This document shows positions 7,915 through 18,977 of a stretch of 64,000 nucleotides of DNA, piece by piece. The stretch is from an uncultured delta proteobacterium (lineage in GTDB: Bacteria > Desulfobacterota > Desulfuromonadia > Geobacterales > DSM-12255): positions 224,001 through 288,000 of the forward strand of contig CAWBBV010000001.1 of the NCBI GenBank assembly GCA_963787125.1, in the 5' to 3' direction. Each line of letters starts with the position of its first letter. The first letter of the stretch is position 1. Below the pieces are notes generated by a model, which was not told the DNA's origin, ran no database searches, and was given only the letters and a program-made list of their open reading frames with translations. A program made the position numbers and the translations under genes.

Positions 7915-9159
7915 ATGCAAGCACAAGGAAGTTTCAGTCAGATCACCATGCAGATGGAGAACGCCTATAAGACGCTCCCCACCAGCGTCAAAGCAAAAAA
8001 GGTTTATTTTGCCGACGGCGACCCCGGCTTTACCCAGGGGCTCGAAGATTCAAATGTCATGCGCGGCGCCAGCCGCCAGCCGACGGCACCGACTCGTGGG
8101 GCCGTCGATTCCAGCGGCAGCATCAATACCGAACTGCAGGCGACGTCGCCGCTGTTGTACGCCGCTATGGGCTCCATGGAAAGCACTATGACCGGCGGCG
8201 TCATGGGTACGGCCCTGACAACCCCGGCGGCCGTTATCGATGCGGTCAACCAGTTGGTGACCTTTACTGTTACCGCCCACGGCCTGGTCGTCGGCGACAG
8301 CGTCGAGATTCTCGCCATCACCGCCCCGACCACCCTTAATGGCAAGATCTGGCCGGTTGTTGCCGTGCCGTCCGTCAACACCTTCATTATCCGCATCGCC
8401 ATGGGGTCGACTTCAACCTTTACCCTCGGCGCGGGAACAGTGAAAAAAGTCACCACTGCCGGCATCCTCACCCACACCCTGAAAGCCGGCGGCAACCTGC
8501 CGTCCTACGTGGTTGAATTCGGCTATACCGATATCAATCAATACCTGCGCGAGATGGGGCAAAAAGTTAGTGAAATCAGTTTCTCCCTGGGGGCAAAAGG
8601 GCCGATCAGCCTGGCGACCAAATTTATGGGGGCCACCGAAACCACTGCGACGTCCCCTTTTGATGCTGCCCCGCTGGATAACGGCAAGCGCAGCTTTGAC
8701 AATCTCGGTATTGCCGCCGCCGATATGAAAGAGAACGGCTCAGCCATTGCCAGCATCCTCAGCGTTGACGGCATCACCCTCAATAACCAGCTTGACGGCG
8801 ACACTTTTGTTGTCGGCGGTCAGGGGACCCGCGGCGCGGTTAATGCCGGCGCTTTTAAACTCAGCGGCTCGGTAAAGGCGATCTTTGAAGATCTGGTTCT
8901 GTACAATAAGGCCAAGGCCCTCACCGAAAGCAGCCTGGACTTCACCATCAAGCGCGGTACCGGCGACGGTTCCGACACTAATGAGAGTCTCCAGGTCGTC
9001 ATCACCGAACTGGTTTTTGCGGTCAAGTCCCCGGCGATTTCAGGCCCCAAAGGGGTCGTTGGTGAATACTCCTTTACCGGCTACTACGATAACTCCGCCG
9101 ACGGGACCGCCTTCAAGATGATCCTCAAAAACAGCGTGCTCCCCGGAGCAATGATCTAA
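7915..9159 (+). CDS. Tail tube protein (siphovirus type) with inserted small beta domain
   Basis: Precedes chaperone and tape measure. LPSY.VE.G..D and P.ISGPKGV motifs. Internal AHGL.VGD.V.I...LNG..W.V..V...NTF insert. Confidence 0.8.
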   Translation: MQAQGSFSQITMQMENAYKTLPTSVKAKKVYFADGDPGFTQGLEDSNVMRGASRQPTAPTRGAVDSSGSINTELQATSPLLYAAMGSMESTMTGGVMGTALTTPAAVIDAVNQLVTFTVTAHGLVVGDSVEILAITAPTTLNGKIWPVVAVPSVNTFIIRIAMGSTSTFTLGAGTVKKVTTAGILTHTLKAGGNLPSYVVEFGYTDINQYLREMGQKVSEISFSLGAKGPISLATKFMGATETTATSPFDAAPLDNGKRSFDNLGIAAADMKENGSAIASILSVDGITLNNQLDGDTFVVGGQGTRGAVNAGAFKLSGSVKAIFEDLVLYNKAKALTESSLDFTIKRGTGDGSDTNESLQVVITELVFAVKSPAISGPKGVVGEYSFTGYYDNSADGTAFKMILKNSVLPGAMI

Positions 9160-9185
9160 CTCACGAACTAAAGGAGATTCACCCC

Positions 9186-9689
9186 ATGGCGTTAAAAGAC
9201 CTGTGCACCGAAGAAGCCGCCGATAACGGCATTGAAATAGAACTGTACCACCCAGCCAGCGGCGCTCCCCTGGGGATCGTTGTCACCATGTGCGGCTCCG
9301 ACTCCCAAGCCTATATGGATGCCGATCGCAAGATCCGCAATCGTCAGCTGGAGCAGGCCAAACGCAAGCGCGACTTTACTGTCGGCATGGAGCCGGAAGT
9401 TGTTGAAGCCGCCCTGATCGAACGGATGAAAGCCTGTTTCAAGGGTTGGAAAGAGAAAAAAGCTGACGGCTCTTACAAAGACAGCGTCGAGTTTGACGCC
9501 GGCGTCGAGCTGGCCTCCACCAAAGAAGAGTTTGCCAAGATCATCTCGCGCCGTGGCTTTTTCTGGTTCAAGCAGCAGGTGCAGGAAGGGATGGATAAGG
9601 TGACTAATTTTTTGCCGAAGCTGCAGAGCGGATCCTCGCCTGCGCCGAGTTCCGCTTCAAATATGACTGTCCAGGAAAGGACGGAGTAA
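9186..9689 (+). CDS. Tail assembly chaperone (gpG-like)
   Basis: Between tube and tape measure. G.EIELYHP.SG motif. Contains slippery T TTT TTG at 9608-9614. Confidence 0.85.
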   Translation: MALKDLCTEEAADNGIEIELYHPASGAPLGIVVTMCGSDSQAYMDADRKIRNRQLEQAKRKRDFTVGMEPEVVEAALIERMKACFKGWKEKKADGSYKDSVEFDAGVELASTKEEFAKIISRRGFFWFKQQVQEGMDKVTNFLPKLQSGSSPAPSSASNMTVQERTE

Positions 9690-9973
9690 CCCTACGGGAA
9701 GAACTGCAAGCGGCTGAATCCCGCACCGGCAGATCACTCCTGGAGGAGGAGCCTGAATTTCCCCAGGAGCTGGAACATCTCTGGAACTGGTTCCAGGCCT
9801 TAAGTAACACCAGGGGCGGCGGCTTCGGCCCCGCCCCGATATCATACCAGGAGATGCTTGCCTGGAGTCAGCTGACCGGCAATCAGCCAAACCCCTGGGA
9901 AGTGGACATCATCAAGCGGCTTGATGCTACTTACCTGCAGCACCAGACAAAAGAAGAGCGCACCAACCCTTGA
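9608..9973 (+). CDS. -1 frameshift extension of the tail chaperone (gpGT-like), absent from the ORF track
   Basis: The -1 frame is open from the slippery site to TGA at 9971-9973 and reads ...PEFPQELEHLWNWFQALSNTRGGGFGPAPISYQEMLAWSQLTG...WEVDIIKRLD. Confidence 0.85.
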   Translation, partial: FFAEAAERILACAEFRFKYDCPGKDGVTLREELQAAESRTGRSLLEEEPEFPQELEHLWNWFQALSNTRGGGFGPAPISYQEMLAWSQLTGNQPNPWEVDIIKRLDATYLQHQTKEERTNP

Positions 9974-10011
9974 TTGAAAGGGTCTTTAATCGGAGTTAAA
10001 CGAGGCTTTAC

Positions 10012-13000
10012 ATGGGTGATCTCGGCAAACTGAAACTGACACTGGAAGTTGATGGACAGGGCAATGTTACCGGAGCCATAGGTGATGTGGAGCGTTCTGC
10101 CGGGAGAATGGCCAGCTCGACCAGCTCCGCCGGCGGGCGCATGGCCCAGGATACTGCCGCGGCTTCCGGGCAGATGGTGGGGTCGTTCAACAATATCACC
10201 AGTGCTATCCAGACCGCCGTTGCCGCTATGGCTGCCTGGAAGCTGACTGCTGTTATTAAGGACACTGTTATGTTCGCAGCCAACCTTGAGATGGCAAACA
10301 GGATTTTAGCCGTAGTTGGGAACAACACGGGTAGCACTGCTGCAGAAATGTACAAATATCGCGATAGTTTAAAAGCTATAAATATTACCTCAATGGCAGC
10401 AACCAGCACAATCGCCCTGTTTGCTAGATCAGGGCTGGAGCTTGATAAAGCAATCCCGCTCGCCAGGCTGGCACAGGGTGCAGCAAGGATGGCATCACTA
10501 AGCGGTGAAACGGTATCCTCATCTGAAGCTCTGACCCGAATAACGCACGGCATTATCTCAATGCAGCCAGAAGTGCTTAAGCTCTTTGGGATTACAACTA
10601 CGCTGGAAGGCGTTATGCGTAAATACAAACAGACGACCGGTGAATCTGCGGAAACCCTTTCAGAGCAGCAGCGTCAACAGCTGTTTTTAAATGGAGTTTT
10701 GGAAAACGGTACGGCTTTAATGTCCATCTATGTGAATACTCTGGATCTTGCCGCAGCTAAAATCGCCTCATCACAGCGGCCTATTGAAGAGCTTAAAGGC
10801 GCATTGGGTGACCTGTTTCTGCCACAACTATCCGCTGCCGCCGCCGCCTTTTACACAGTTGTATCCGATGGCATGAAATGGGTGAGGCAACATACCGATG
10901 ATTTAACCGCCCTTAAACTTGTCTTAAAGGATGCCGCTGCCGGGCTCCTGTTCGCTGCCGGTGCGACAACTGCTTATACGGTCGCTGTTGGCCTTGCTAG
11001 TGTCGCGACAGGAGGACTTGCCGCTGGAGCGGGTGTTTTTACCGGCGTCTGGACTGCGCTTACTTCTGCGGTTTCATTGTCAGGAGCAGCAATGACGACC
11101 ACTGCCATCCAAACAGGCATGATGGGTGAATCGATTGCAGTTGCCTCAACAACTGCCAGCATAGGGCTTCTCTCAGTCAAGGCAGCTTTCAGTGTGCTGA
11201 CTGCCGCTTTTATCGGCTGGGAGCTTGGCCAATTGTTAAATCGGTTCGAGATCGTTCGCAAGGCCGGGGTGGTGATGGTTTACGGCATTATGGGGGCCTG
11301 GCACGAGCTTGAAACCGCTTGGGATCGCTTCAAGGTTTCGTGGAACCCGTTTGGTGATGAAGATGAACAGCAGGCAAAGCTTAAGAAAATAGATGCAGAC
11401 TATGCCGAATGGACCGCCAGCTTTAAAAAGAACTTTGCCGAGCAGATGAAGGATGTCTCAAAAGATGCGCCGTTGCCGGGAGCAAAACTATACGTTGATG
11501 ATAAAACTGCTATAGCAAAAGCACTTAAAGATAAGGCCGATGCAGCCGCTGCTGCAAAAAAAGCTGCTGCCGATAAGGCGATAGCCGATGCAGCCGAATT
11601 AGCCGAAAAGCAGGCAGCCTACAACAAACAGGTAGGTGACGCTAAAGCCGCCGTTTTAAAGACACAGGCCGACGAAGCCAAGAAACTGCTTGATGCCCAG
11701 ACTAAAGATAAACTGGCCGCCCTCGAATCTGAGAAAGAGCTGGGGCTGCGTTCGACCCAGTCATTTCTTGATGAGAAGTACCGCATCGAAACCGAGGCAT
11801 ACGCAAAACTTCAGAAAGATGCTGATGCTCAGGTAGTGGCGCGGCAGGCAGTACTCGATACGGTCAACAAAAGTAACGCGACAGATCGGATCCAGCAGGC
11901 ACAGGAAGAGCAGAAAGTCGCTGCGGCCAAAGGTGAAGCTGCCCTGGCTGCCTATAAGCTGCAACAACTGCCGGCAGAAAAGGCCCGTGATCAGGCAAAG
12001 CTGGATCTGGAAACAGTGCAGCGCAATTCTGACCTGATTGTCGCCACCACCAATAACCAGCTGGCAGAACTGACCGCAGCTGAAAAGAATTATCAAATCA
12101 GCGTGGAAGACGCCGCTACCAGACGGATTGGTCTGCTGATGCAGCAGCGTGACGCGCAGCAGGCTATTTATGACTCGATCAAAGGCACGGAAGATGTCGC
12201 CAAGTTAGCCAGGCAGAAAGCCCAGGATCAAATCGTCGCCATTAACGGCAAGCTCCTTGATCAACAGCTTATCCTCCGCGATCATAGTGCCTGGGATGCC
12301 GCCAGGGTTGCCCTGGAAGAATACGCCCGCGCCGCCATGGACTTAGGCGCGCAAACCAAAGGCTTTGTTACCGACATGCTCAAAGGCATGGAAGACGCCC
12401 TGGTGCAGTTCGTCCGCCATGGCAAAATCTCCTTCACCTCCCTGACCAACTCCATCCTCGACGACTTCGCCCGGATCGCCGTCAAGCAGACGGTCATGGG
12501 GCCGCTGGCCGGAATGCTCGGCAGCATGATGGCCGGCACGACGTCTGCTTTTGCCGCCGCCGCCCCGGCTAGCGGCTTTGATGCTGCCGGTAGTGCCATG
12601 GCATCATTCGCACCAGGTACTCTCGGGGCGATGCTGAGCGGCTCAGCCGCACCGGTAACAACTGCCGTCTCCACCGGTGCCTCCTCGGGTATCGCCACTG
12701 GTATAGTCGCCGCCGCGCCTTATCTGGCGGCTGCTGCCGGGGCATACATGGCGGTAAACTTTGCCAAGGACTATTTGGCAAGGGTGGCATGTGGGGAGAG
12801 CATACCAGTACGCAGAAAGCTGCAATAGGGGCAAGTGACTTCGCCAGTATCGGCACGCTTGGTGCCTCTTACGTTGTGGATAAACTTACCAACGGCGGGC
12901 TTTTCGGCACTACCTGGAAAGCAACCGGTGGTGGCCTCTCTCTTGGGGTCGGTGCTGATGGGCTCGAGTCCGCTAATTATGTTGAGCAGAAAAAGAAGAA

Positions 13001-16000
13001 GAGTTTCTTTCGGGGCAATGCTTATCAAACCAACTACAGCTCCGTTGATGACCAGCTGCAGGCATTCCTCTCCGGCCAGTATGGCGCAGTCACCAGCGGC
13101 ATCAAGACTGGTGCGGGAATCCTGGGCGGCTCCGGCGATCTCTCCGGTTTCACCTCTGCGGCTAAAAGATCAGCCTGGCCGGGCTCGACTCCAAAGCCCA
13201 GCAGGATGCCATTGCCGCTTATTTCAAGGGCATCTCCGACGAAGCTATCAAGAGCCTTTACGCCGATATTGGCGACTATGCCAAGCTGGGTGAAGGTGCA
13301 ACTGAGACGTTCCAGCGTCTGACCTCCTCTCTCCAGCTTGTAAATGAGAATTTCAGTCTGCTGGGGGTCAAACTCAATCAGCTCGGCCTGGACGGCGCGG
13401 CCGTTGCCGATACTCTTGTCCAGGCTCTCGGTGGGCTACAAGCCGCCGGGAAGATTTTCAGTGATTACTACAGTAGCAGCCTCTTTACCGCCGCCGAACA
13501 GAACGCCCTCAAAATGACTGCCGCGCAGAATCAGGTAGCAGCCACCTTTGCAACTCTCGGCCTGACTATGCCGAGAACCAACGACGAATTCAAAACGCTG
13601 GTCAATCAGCAGCTGGCGCTTGGCGCCGCCGGAGCCGACACCGCTGCCGCACTTCTAAAAGTTCACGGCGCTTTTGCCACCGTTACTGAATCCGTGCAAA
13701 AGATGGTTGACGACCTGACTGCCGCTGACCAGAAGATTGTCGATGCTGCGGGGAAGGCGCTGTTAAGTAGTGTCTCTACTGCCCAAAGCCTCCTCGGTTC
13801 CCTCAAAACCATTTTGACCGGGCCACTGGCAGGTCTCTCGCCGACTGATGCCTACAACCAGGCAAAAGCTCAGTGGGCAACAGCCGATGCCAGCAACGCC
13901 GGTGATCGTGGGCAAGCGCTCCTGGAAGCGTCCCGCGGCATGAACGCCTCCGGCAGCAGTTACCAGGCTGACTTTGCCGCCGTCACCGCCAAGCTCGCTA
14001 AGCTGGCCGAAGTCGCGCCGACGCTCTCCTTTGTCGAGCAGCAGATCAAACTCCTGGGCGAGATCAAAACTGCCGTCGAAACCGGCGATGCTGCCCAGGC
14101 CGCCGCGCTGCAAGTGACGTTTAATGCGGCTCAAATCGATATGGGGACAGCGGGTAATTCTCTTTCTCAAGCATTGACCGGCATCCAGTCCGCCCTTGAT
14201 ACCCGCATCACCGAGGGGACTTCCAAAGCCGAGATTCAACAGCAGATCAGCCTGCTGCAAGCCCAGCTCAATACCGGCGTCACCGGCACAGCCAAGGATG
14301 CGATTAACAACTCCATCGGCGCGCTGCAACTGGCCATGAACGGCACCATCTCCGCTGCCACCGCCAACGCCGCCATCTACGGCACTTATGCCGCTGTCCA
14401 GGGAGCACTTGACGGCACTATCAACGGCACCACAGCCGCCAATAGTATCGCTACTCAGGCGCTGACTATCCAGCAGACTCTCAATAGCACTATCAACGGC
14501 ACCACCGCCGCCGGGCTGCTCGCCACGCAATCCGGCTTGATCCAGAGTGCCGTCAGCGGCGCAATAGACGGCCCGACTGCGCTAACTGCCCTGATACCCA
14601 GAGCGCCCTGATTAACAGCTCCCTTAACGGCTCCATCAATGGCGCGGCTGTTGCCAGTGTTATTAGTGGCCAGGCCGGGATCGTCGCCCTGGCGCTGAAC
14701 GGTGCCATTAACGGCCCGGCAGCAAAAACCGAGATATATCTCCAGGCACAGATCATCAAAGGGGCACTGGCCGGGACGGTGATGGCGCTTCAGCAAAAAC
14801 GGCTATCGACATCCAATCCCGCTATATCGCCGTGGCTGTTACCGGCCTGCAGCAGTCTGTCGGCGCGAATATCAATACAGCGGTGTCGCCGACGCTGGCG
14901 CTGGGTAGATCGAATCTGCAAAATGAAATCACAGCGCCGATTCTTTCCGCGACGGATGCCTCACTCGAACTCGGCAGATACCGTCTCCAGAATGAAATCA
15001 CTGCGCCGATCAGTGCGGTCACCGACCCTTCCCTTGCTCAAGGCCGGGAGAATTTAGCCGCTCAGGTCGAGGTGGGGCATTGATCCCAACACCGACCCGT
15101 CACTGGCTCAGGGTAGAAATAATCTCAATGCTCAGGTAACCGGCGGCATCAACCCCTATGCTGATATGTCCCTGTTTAACGGACGGATGAATCTCCAAGC
15201 CCAAGTCACCGGCGGGATTGACGCCACCACCAGCAGCAGCCTTGCTATCGGCAGAGCAAATCTCCAGGCACAGGTTGGCGCGGGGATTGATGGCACACCC
15301 AGCTGGACACTGGCGCAGGCTCGGCTGAATCTCCAGAATGAAATCGCAGCTGCTATTAATCCTGCAACACATCTGTCTCTTACTCAAGGTAGATTGAACC
15401 TACAAACAGAGGTTACTTCAGGAATTAACCAAAACCCTAGCTCTACGCTTTGGATGGGCCGTTATAACCTGCAAACTCAAGTGACTACAGGGATAGCGAC
15501 TCAAACCGATCCTTCGTTGGCTGCTGGGCGTAATAATCTCCAGACGCAGGTAACTACCGGCATTGATCCCACAGTCTCCACCACTTTTGCCAGCGGCAGA
15601 GCGGCTGTTCAAACAGAACTGGAGAAGGGTTTTGCCACAACCCCGGCAGTCACTAATATCGACAGCGCGTTTGGCTCGGTTAAAACCGCTCTTGATAGTG
15701 GCCTGAATACCGGCACAAACTCGGTGGCGGCAGTCCTGGCCGCCTTTAACCAGGCGCTGGCTAAATCGGCAGCTGATACCTCCAAAGGGCTGACTAATTT
15801 TATCACCGCCATGGAGGTCATGCAGACCTACCCCACTAAAATGACTGATTATAATAATGCTGAGGCTAGTTTAAAGAATCAGTATGTTAATGGCAGTGTA
15901 TCTACGACTGACTTTGCAACGCAATCACAGGCACAGTATGCACCTGTTAAATCACTTTATGATAAAGGGGTCGCTGCTGGATTAACTACTTTAACTGCAC

Positions 16001-16542
16001 CTGACGACCCGGCAGCTTCCAAAGCCATGATAGATGAACGTATGGCTATTTATGCATTGAGTAATCTGAATAGTCCTGCATATCGTCCTTTCTGGGGAGG
16101 CCCCGCTTACAGTGCCATGCAAATGATGAACATGGGTTTAATGCCATATTCACAAAATTTGGACCTGAATCGTGATGGTGTATTAAATGCTGTTGATGCA
16201 CAATCTTGGGCAGGTATACAAAATCGTTCATTGCCGTATTCATCCCTCGGTCTCCCTGCCTTCGCCCTCGGCGGAATCACATCCGGACCATCTATCGCCG
16301 GAGAGGCCGGCTATCCCGAAGCGATTGTGCCGCTGCCGAATGGCCGCAGCATCCCGGTGCAGATGACCGGATCTGCTGACAATCGTGAAACCATAGCTGA
16401 GCTTAAAGAGCAAAATCGACTTCTCACCGCCGCCGTGAAAGTGCTGCAAGCAGGGTTTACGGCTCTCGTTGATGGCCAGACAGAAGGTAACAAATCACTC
16501 AAATCTGTAGAAAGTGGTGCTGAGTTAAGGATGGCAAGCTAA
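10012..16542 (+). CDS. Tape measure protein (~2,180 aa when rejoined), interrupted by five single-base indels (assembly errors or pseudogenisation)
   Basis: ORFs at 10012, 12789, 13514, 14832 and 15166 join by frameshifts near 12775, 13165, 14593, 14779 and 15075. TMP motifs MEDALVQFV..GK.SF.SL..SIL.D and FA.GG...GEAG.PEAIVPL. Confidence 0.85.
14320..15640 (+). repeat. Two tandem protein-repeat arrays in the tape measure C-terminal third (24-aa units, then 23-aa units)
   Basis: About seven AL.GTI.G..A...I..Q units, then about eleven GR.NLQ.(Q/E)VT.GI...TD.SL units. Confidence 0.85.
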
Positions 16543-18974
16543 TGGCAACGATCAAGCTCATCGAAATAGACGGGTATGATGCCGTTTCCGCCACTGTTAA
16601 AACCAGCTACTTTTGCACCGGCAACGGTTTCATCTCCGGCACTACAACCTATCTGCCCAGGATCAAGCAGCCGGGGAATATCAAGGTCGCCATGTTTGCC
16701 GACGGCACAACCGGCGGAGCTTCTGAAATAAACAAGGGGATCATCTCCCTGGTTAATCTGGATGGCGCGCTGGATTATCTCAACACCTACGGCTTTGACG
16801 GTAGACGGATATCGCTAAAGGAGGTCGATGAATCAGGCCGGATTGATACTCTCTTTGTCGGCACGATGGAGCAGCCGGTTTTTACCTGGGAACTGATCAG
16901 CTTCAGAGTGCGGGATTTCATGGCGTTGATCAATGTCCCGCTCCAGAGTGTTAAATATTTGGGCAACAATGTCTTACCGGATGGCCTTGAAGGCGGAGAC
17001 GATATCAAGGGTAAAGTCAAGCCGCTCTGCTTTGGCTCTGTTTTCAACGTCAGCCCGCTGCTGGTAAATACCGCCAAACTCACCTACCAGGTTCACGCCG
17101 GCAATGTGGCGGCAATCGTTGTTTATGATATGGGCGTTGAACTGGCCGCCGGGGTCAATTATGCAACCTCGGCACTGCTGCAGGCGGCGATGCCTGGCGC
17201 CGGGACGTATGACACGTGCATTGCTGAGGGGTATTTCCGTCTAGGATCTACTCCCGCCGGTGATGTGACCTGCGATGTGGATGAAGGGGGATCTGCTGCC
17301 AATAACTCCACCGCTCAGGTCAGTAAGCGCATTGTCAGCCGGGCGGTGCCTGCTACTAATATCTCGCAAAAAAGCATTAATGACGCCGACTTGTTCAACG
17401 CCACGCCAGTCGGTATCTGGGTAGATAGTGAAGCCAGGGTGAACAGTGTTCTCGATGAGATCGTCAACAGTATTGGCCTCTGGTATTCCTTTGATACGAC
17501 TGGCGTCTGGGAGCTGAAGCCGCTGCTCACCCCCAGTACCACAGCGGTCGCCATCCTGACTGATATGAAAAGTATCACCAAGCTGCCGACAAATGATGCC
17601 GGCAGAGGAGTTCCCCCGTACAAATATATCCTCGAGTATCTGAAAAACTACAGCGTCCAGAAAACTGTCGGCGGAGCGTCGACCCGCCTGCCGTTTGCCT
17701 CGCTGGAATATCGCACTGCTGCCCCGGCCATTGATGCCGCCGTGCAGGTAAAGCATCTGCTGGCGGGAGAGCTGCGGGGATCAACTTACATTATCACCCC
17801 GGCAGCTGCTGACGCTGAAGCGCTCCGGCGGCTGAATCTGCAAAAGGAAGATCGGGAACGGCTGCAGATCACTCTGGAGCGGCCCCTGCTGCAATATCCT
17901 CTGGCCGGTCATTGGGACAATGCAGCAGTGTCGGAGTTACCGACCAATATCCAAAGCCATTGCGCCATTGTAGTTGATGATTACTTATACGTAATTGGTG
18001 GCTGTACCGGCTCGGCGGTAACAACAGTAACCGCCGCGGTTGTTCGTTTGGACATGAAAAATCCGGGCGGTATTTGGGAAGCTAATGCCAGTTGGAATTT
18101 ACCCGCCGCCATGTATGGCATGGGTGTCGGTGCCTACAATGGTAAGATTTACCTGACAGGCGGGCGTGGTGGTGGCGGCGCGCCGTTCACTTCCCGCGCC
18201 GTTTATGTGCTGGATACTGCCAATCTATCTGCCGGGTGGGTGGATCAAACCGCCTTGGCAATGCCTTACGGCAACTATAATCATAAATCATTTATCAAAG
18301 GCAGCATTCTTTATGTGATCGGGGGCTTGTTTACCCAGCCGTGGTTTATTGACCTCGCGGCAACTACCCCGGCATGGGATACCACCACCCTGCCGTTTTT
18401 CTCTGATGTCCGGATGTCGTATCTCGGCATAGCTGTTTGGGGTAGCTATGTTTACCGGATTGGCGGCCTGAACGGCTCTATTGGCGTGGTTTACACCCAT
18501 CGCCTTGACTTGGATAATCCGACCTCCTGGGATACTACGGCTATCGCAGAACTGCCCGCTAACAGGTTCGGGGTAGCTACTGCAATTCTAAACAATTACC
18601 TTTATATTCTGGGGGGGATAATTGGCTCCAGTAGTGCATCTGCCACCGTTGTGCGGATAAATCTCAATGATACGACAGCTGTCTGGGAGGATATTCTGAT
18701 TGCTGATCTGCCGGTTGCCCTGGGTGTCGGTGCGGCAATTGTATATAACGGCGATATTTATATGATCGGGGGCTTTAATGGCAGTGCTGTCTACGACAGT
18801 ACCTACGTTTATCGCAACAACGAAGCCAGCTCAAAAGCCAATCTCTATAATATGGGGAACACCGTAACTGTCCAGCTGCCACGCTATGGCTATAATGCCG
18901 GCAAGAACTTTGTGGTGATCGGCACGGAAACCAACTTTGGAACTGATGAAATAACTTTGGATTTGTGGGGTTAA
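16542..18974 (+). CDS. Tail tip/hub protein with inserted Kelch beta-propeller
   Basis: N-terminal KPLCFG.VFNV.P and C-terminal PRYG...GK.F.VIG...TLDLWG flank six Kelch repeats (LYVIGG...W). Confidence 0.8.
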   Translation: MATIKLIEIDGYDAVSATVKTSYFCTGNGFISGTTTYLPRIKQPGNIKVAMFADGTTGGASEINKGIISLVNLDGALDYLNTYGFDGRRISLKEVDESGRIDTLFVGTMEQPVFTWELISFRVRDFMALINVPLQSVKYLGNNVLPDGLEGGDDIKGKVKPLCFGSVFNVSPLLVNTAKLTYQVHAGNVAAIVVYDMGVELAAGVNYATSALLQAAMPGAGTYDTCIAEGYFRLGSTPAGDVTCDVDEGGSAANNSTAQVSKRIVSRAVPATNISQKSINDADLFNATPVGIWVDSEARVNSVLDEIVNSIGLWYSFDTTGVWELKPLLTPSTTAVAILTDMKSITKLPTNDAGRGVPPYKYILEYLKNYSVQKTVGGASTRLPFASLEYRTAAPAIDAAVQVKHLLAGELRGSTYIITPAAADAEALRRLNLQKEDRERLQITLERPLLQYPLAGHWDNAAVSELPTNIQSHCAIVVDDYLYVIGGCTGSAVTTVTAAVVRLDMKNPGGIWEANASWNLPAAMYGMGVGAYNGKIYLTGGRGGGGAPFTSRAVYVLDTANLSAGWVDQTALAMPYGNYNHKSFIKGSILYVIGGLFTQPWFIDLAATTPAWDTTTLPFFSDVRMSYLGIAVWGSYVYRIGGLNGSIGVVYTHRLDLDNPTSWDTTAIAELPANRFGVATAILNNYLYILGGIIGSSSASATVVRINLNDTTAVWEDILIADLPVALGVGAAIVYNGDIYMIGGFNGSAVYDSTYVYRNNEASSKANLYNMGNTVTVQLPRYGYNAGKNFVVIGTETNFGTDEITLDLWG

Positions 18975-18977
18975 GCA

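Noticed and set aside
12770..15082. Programmed frameshifting or phase variation as the cause of the tape-measure breaks
   Set aside because: The runs are too short (1-4 nt), lack slippery heptamers, and five events would be needed for one product.
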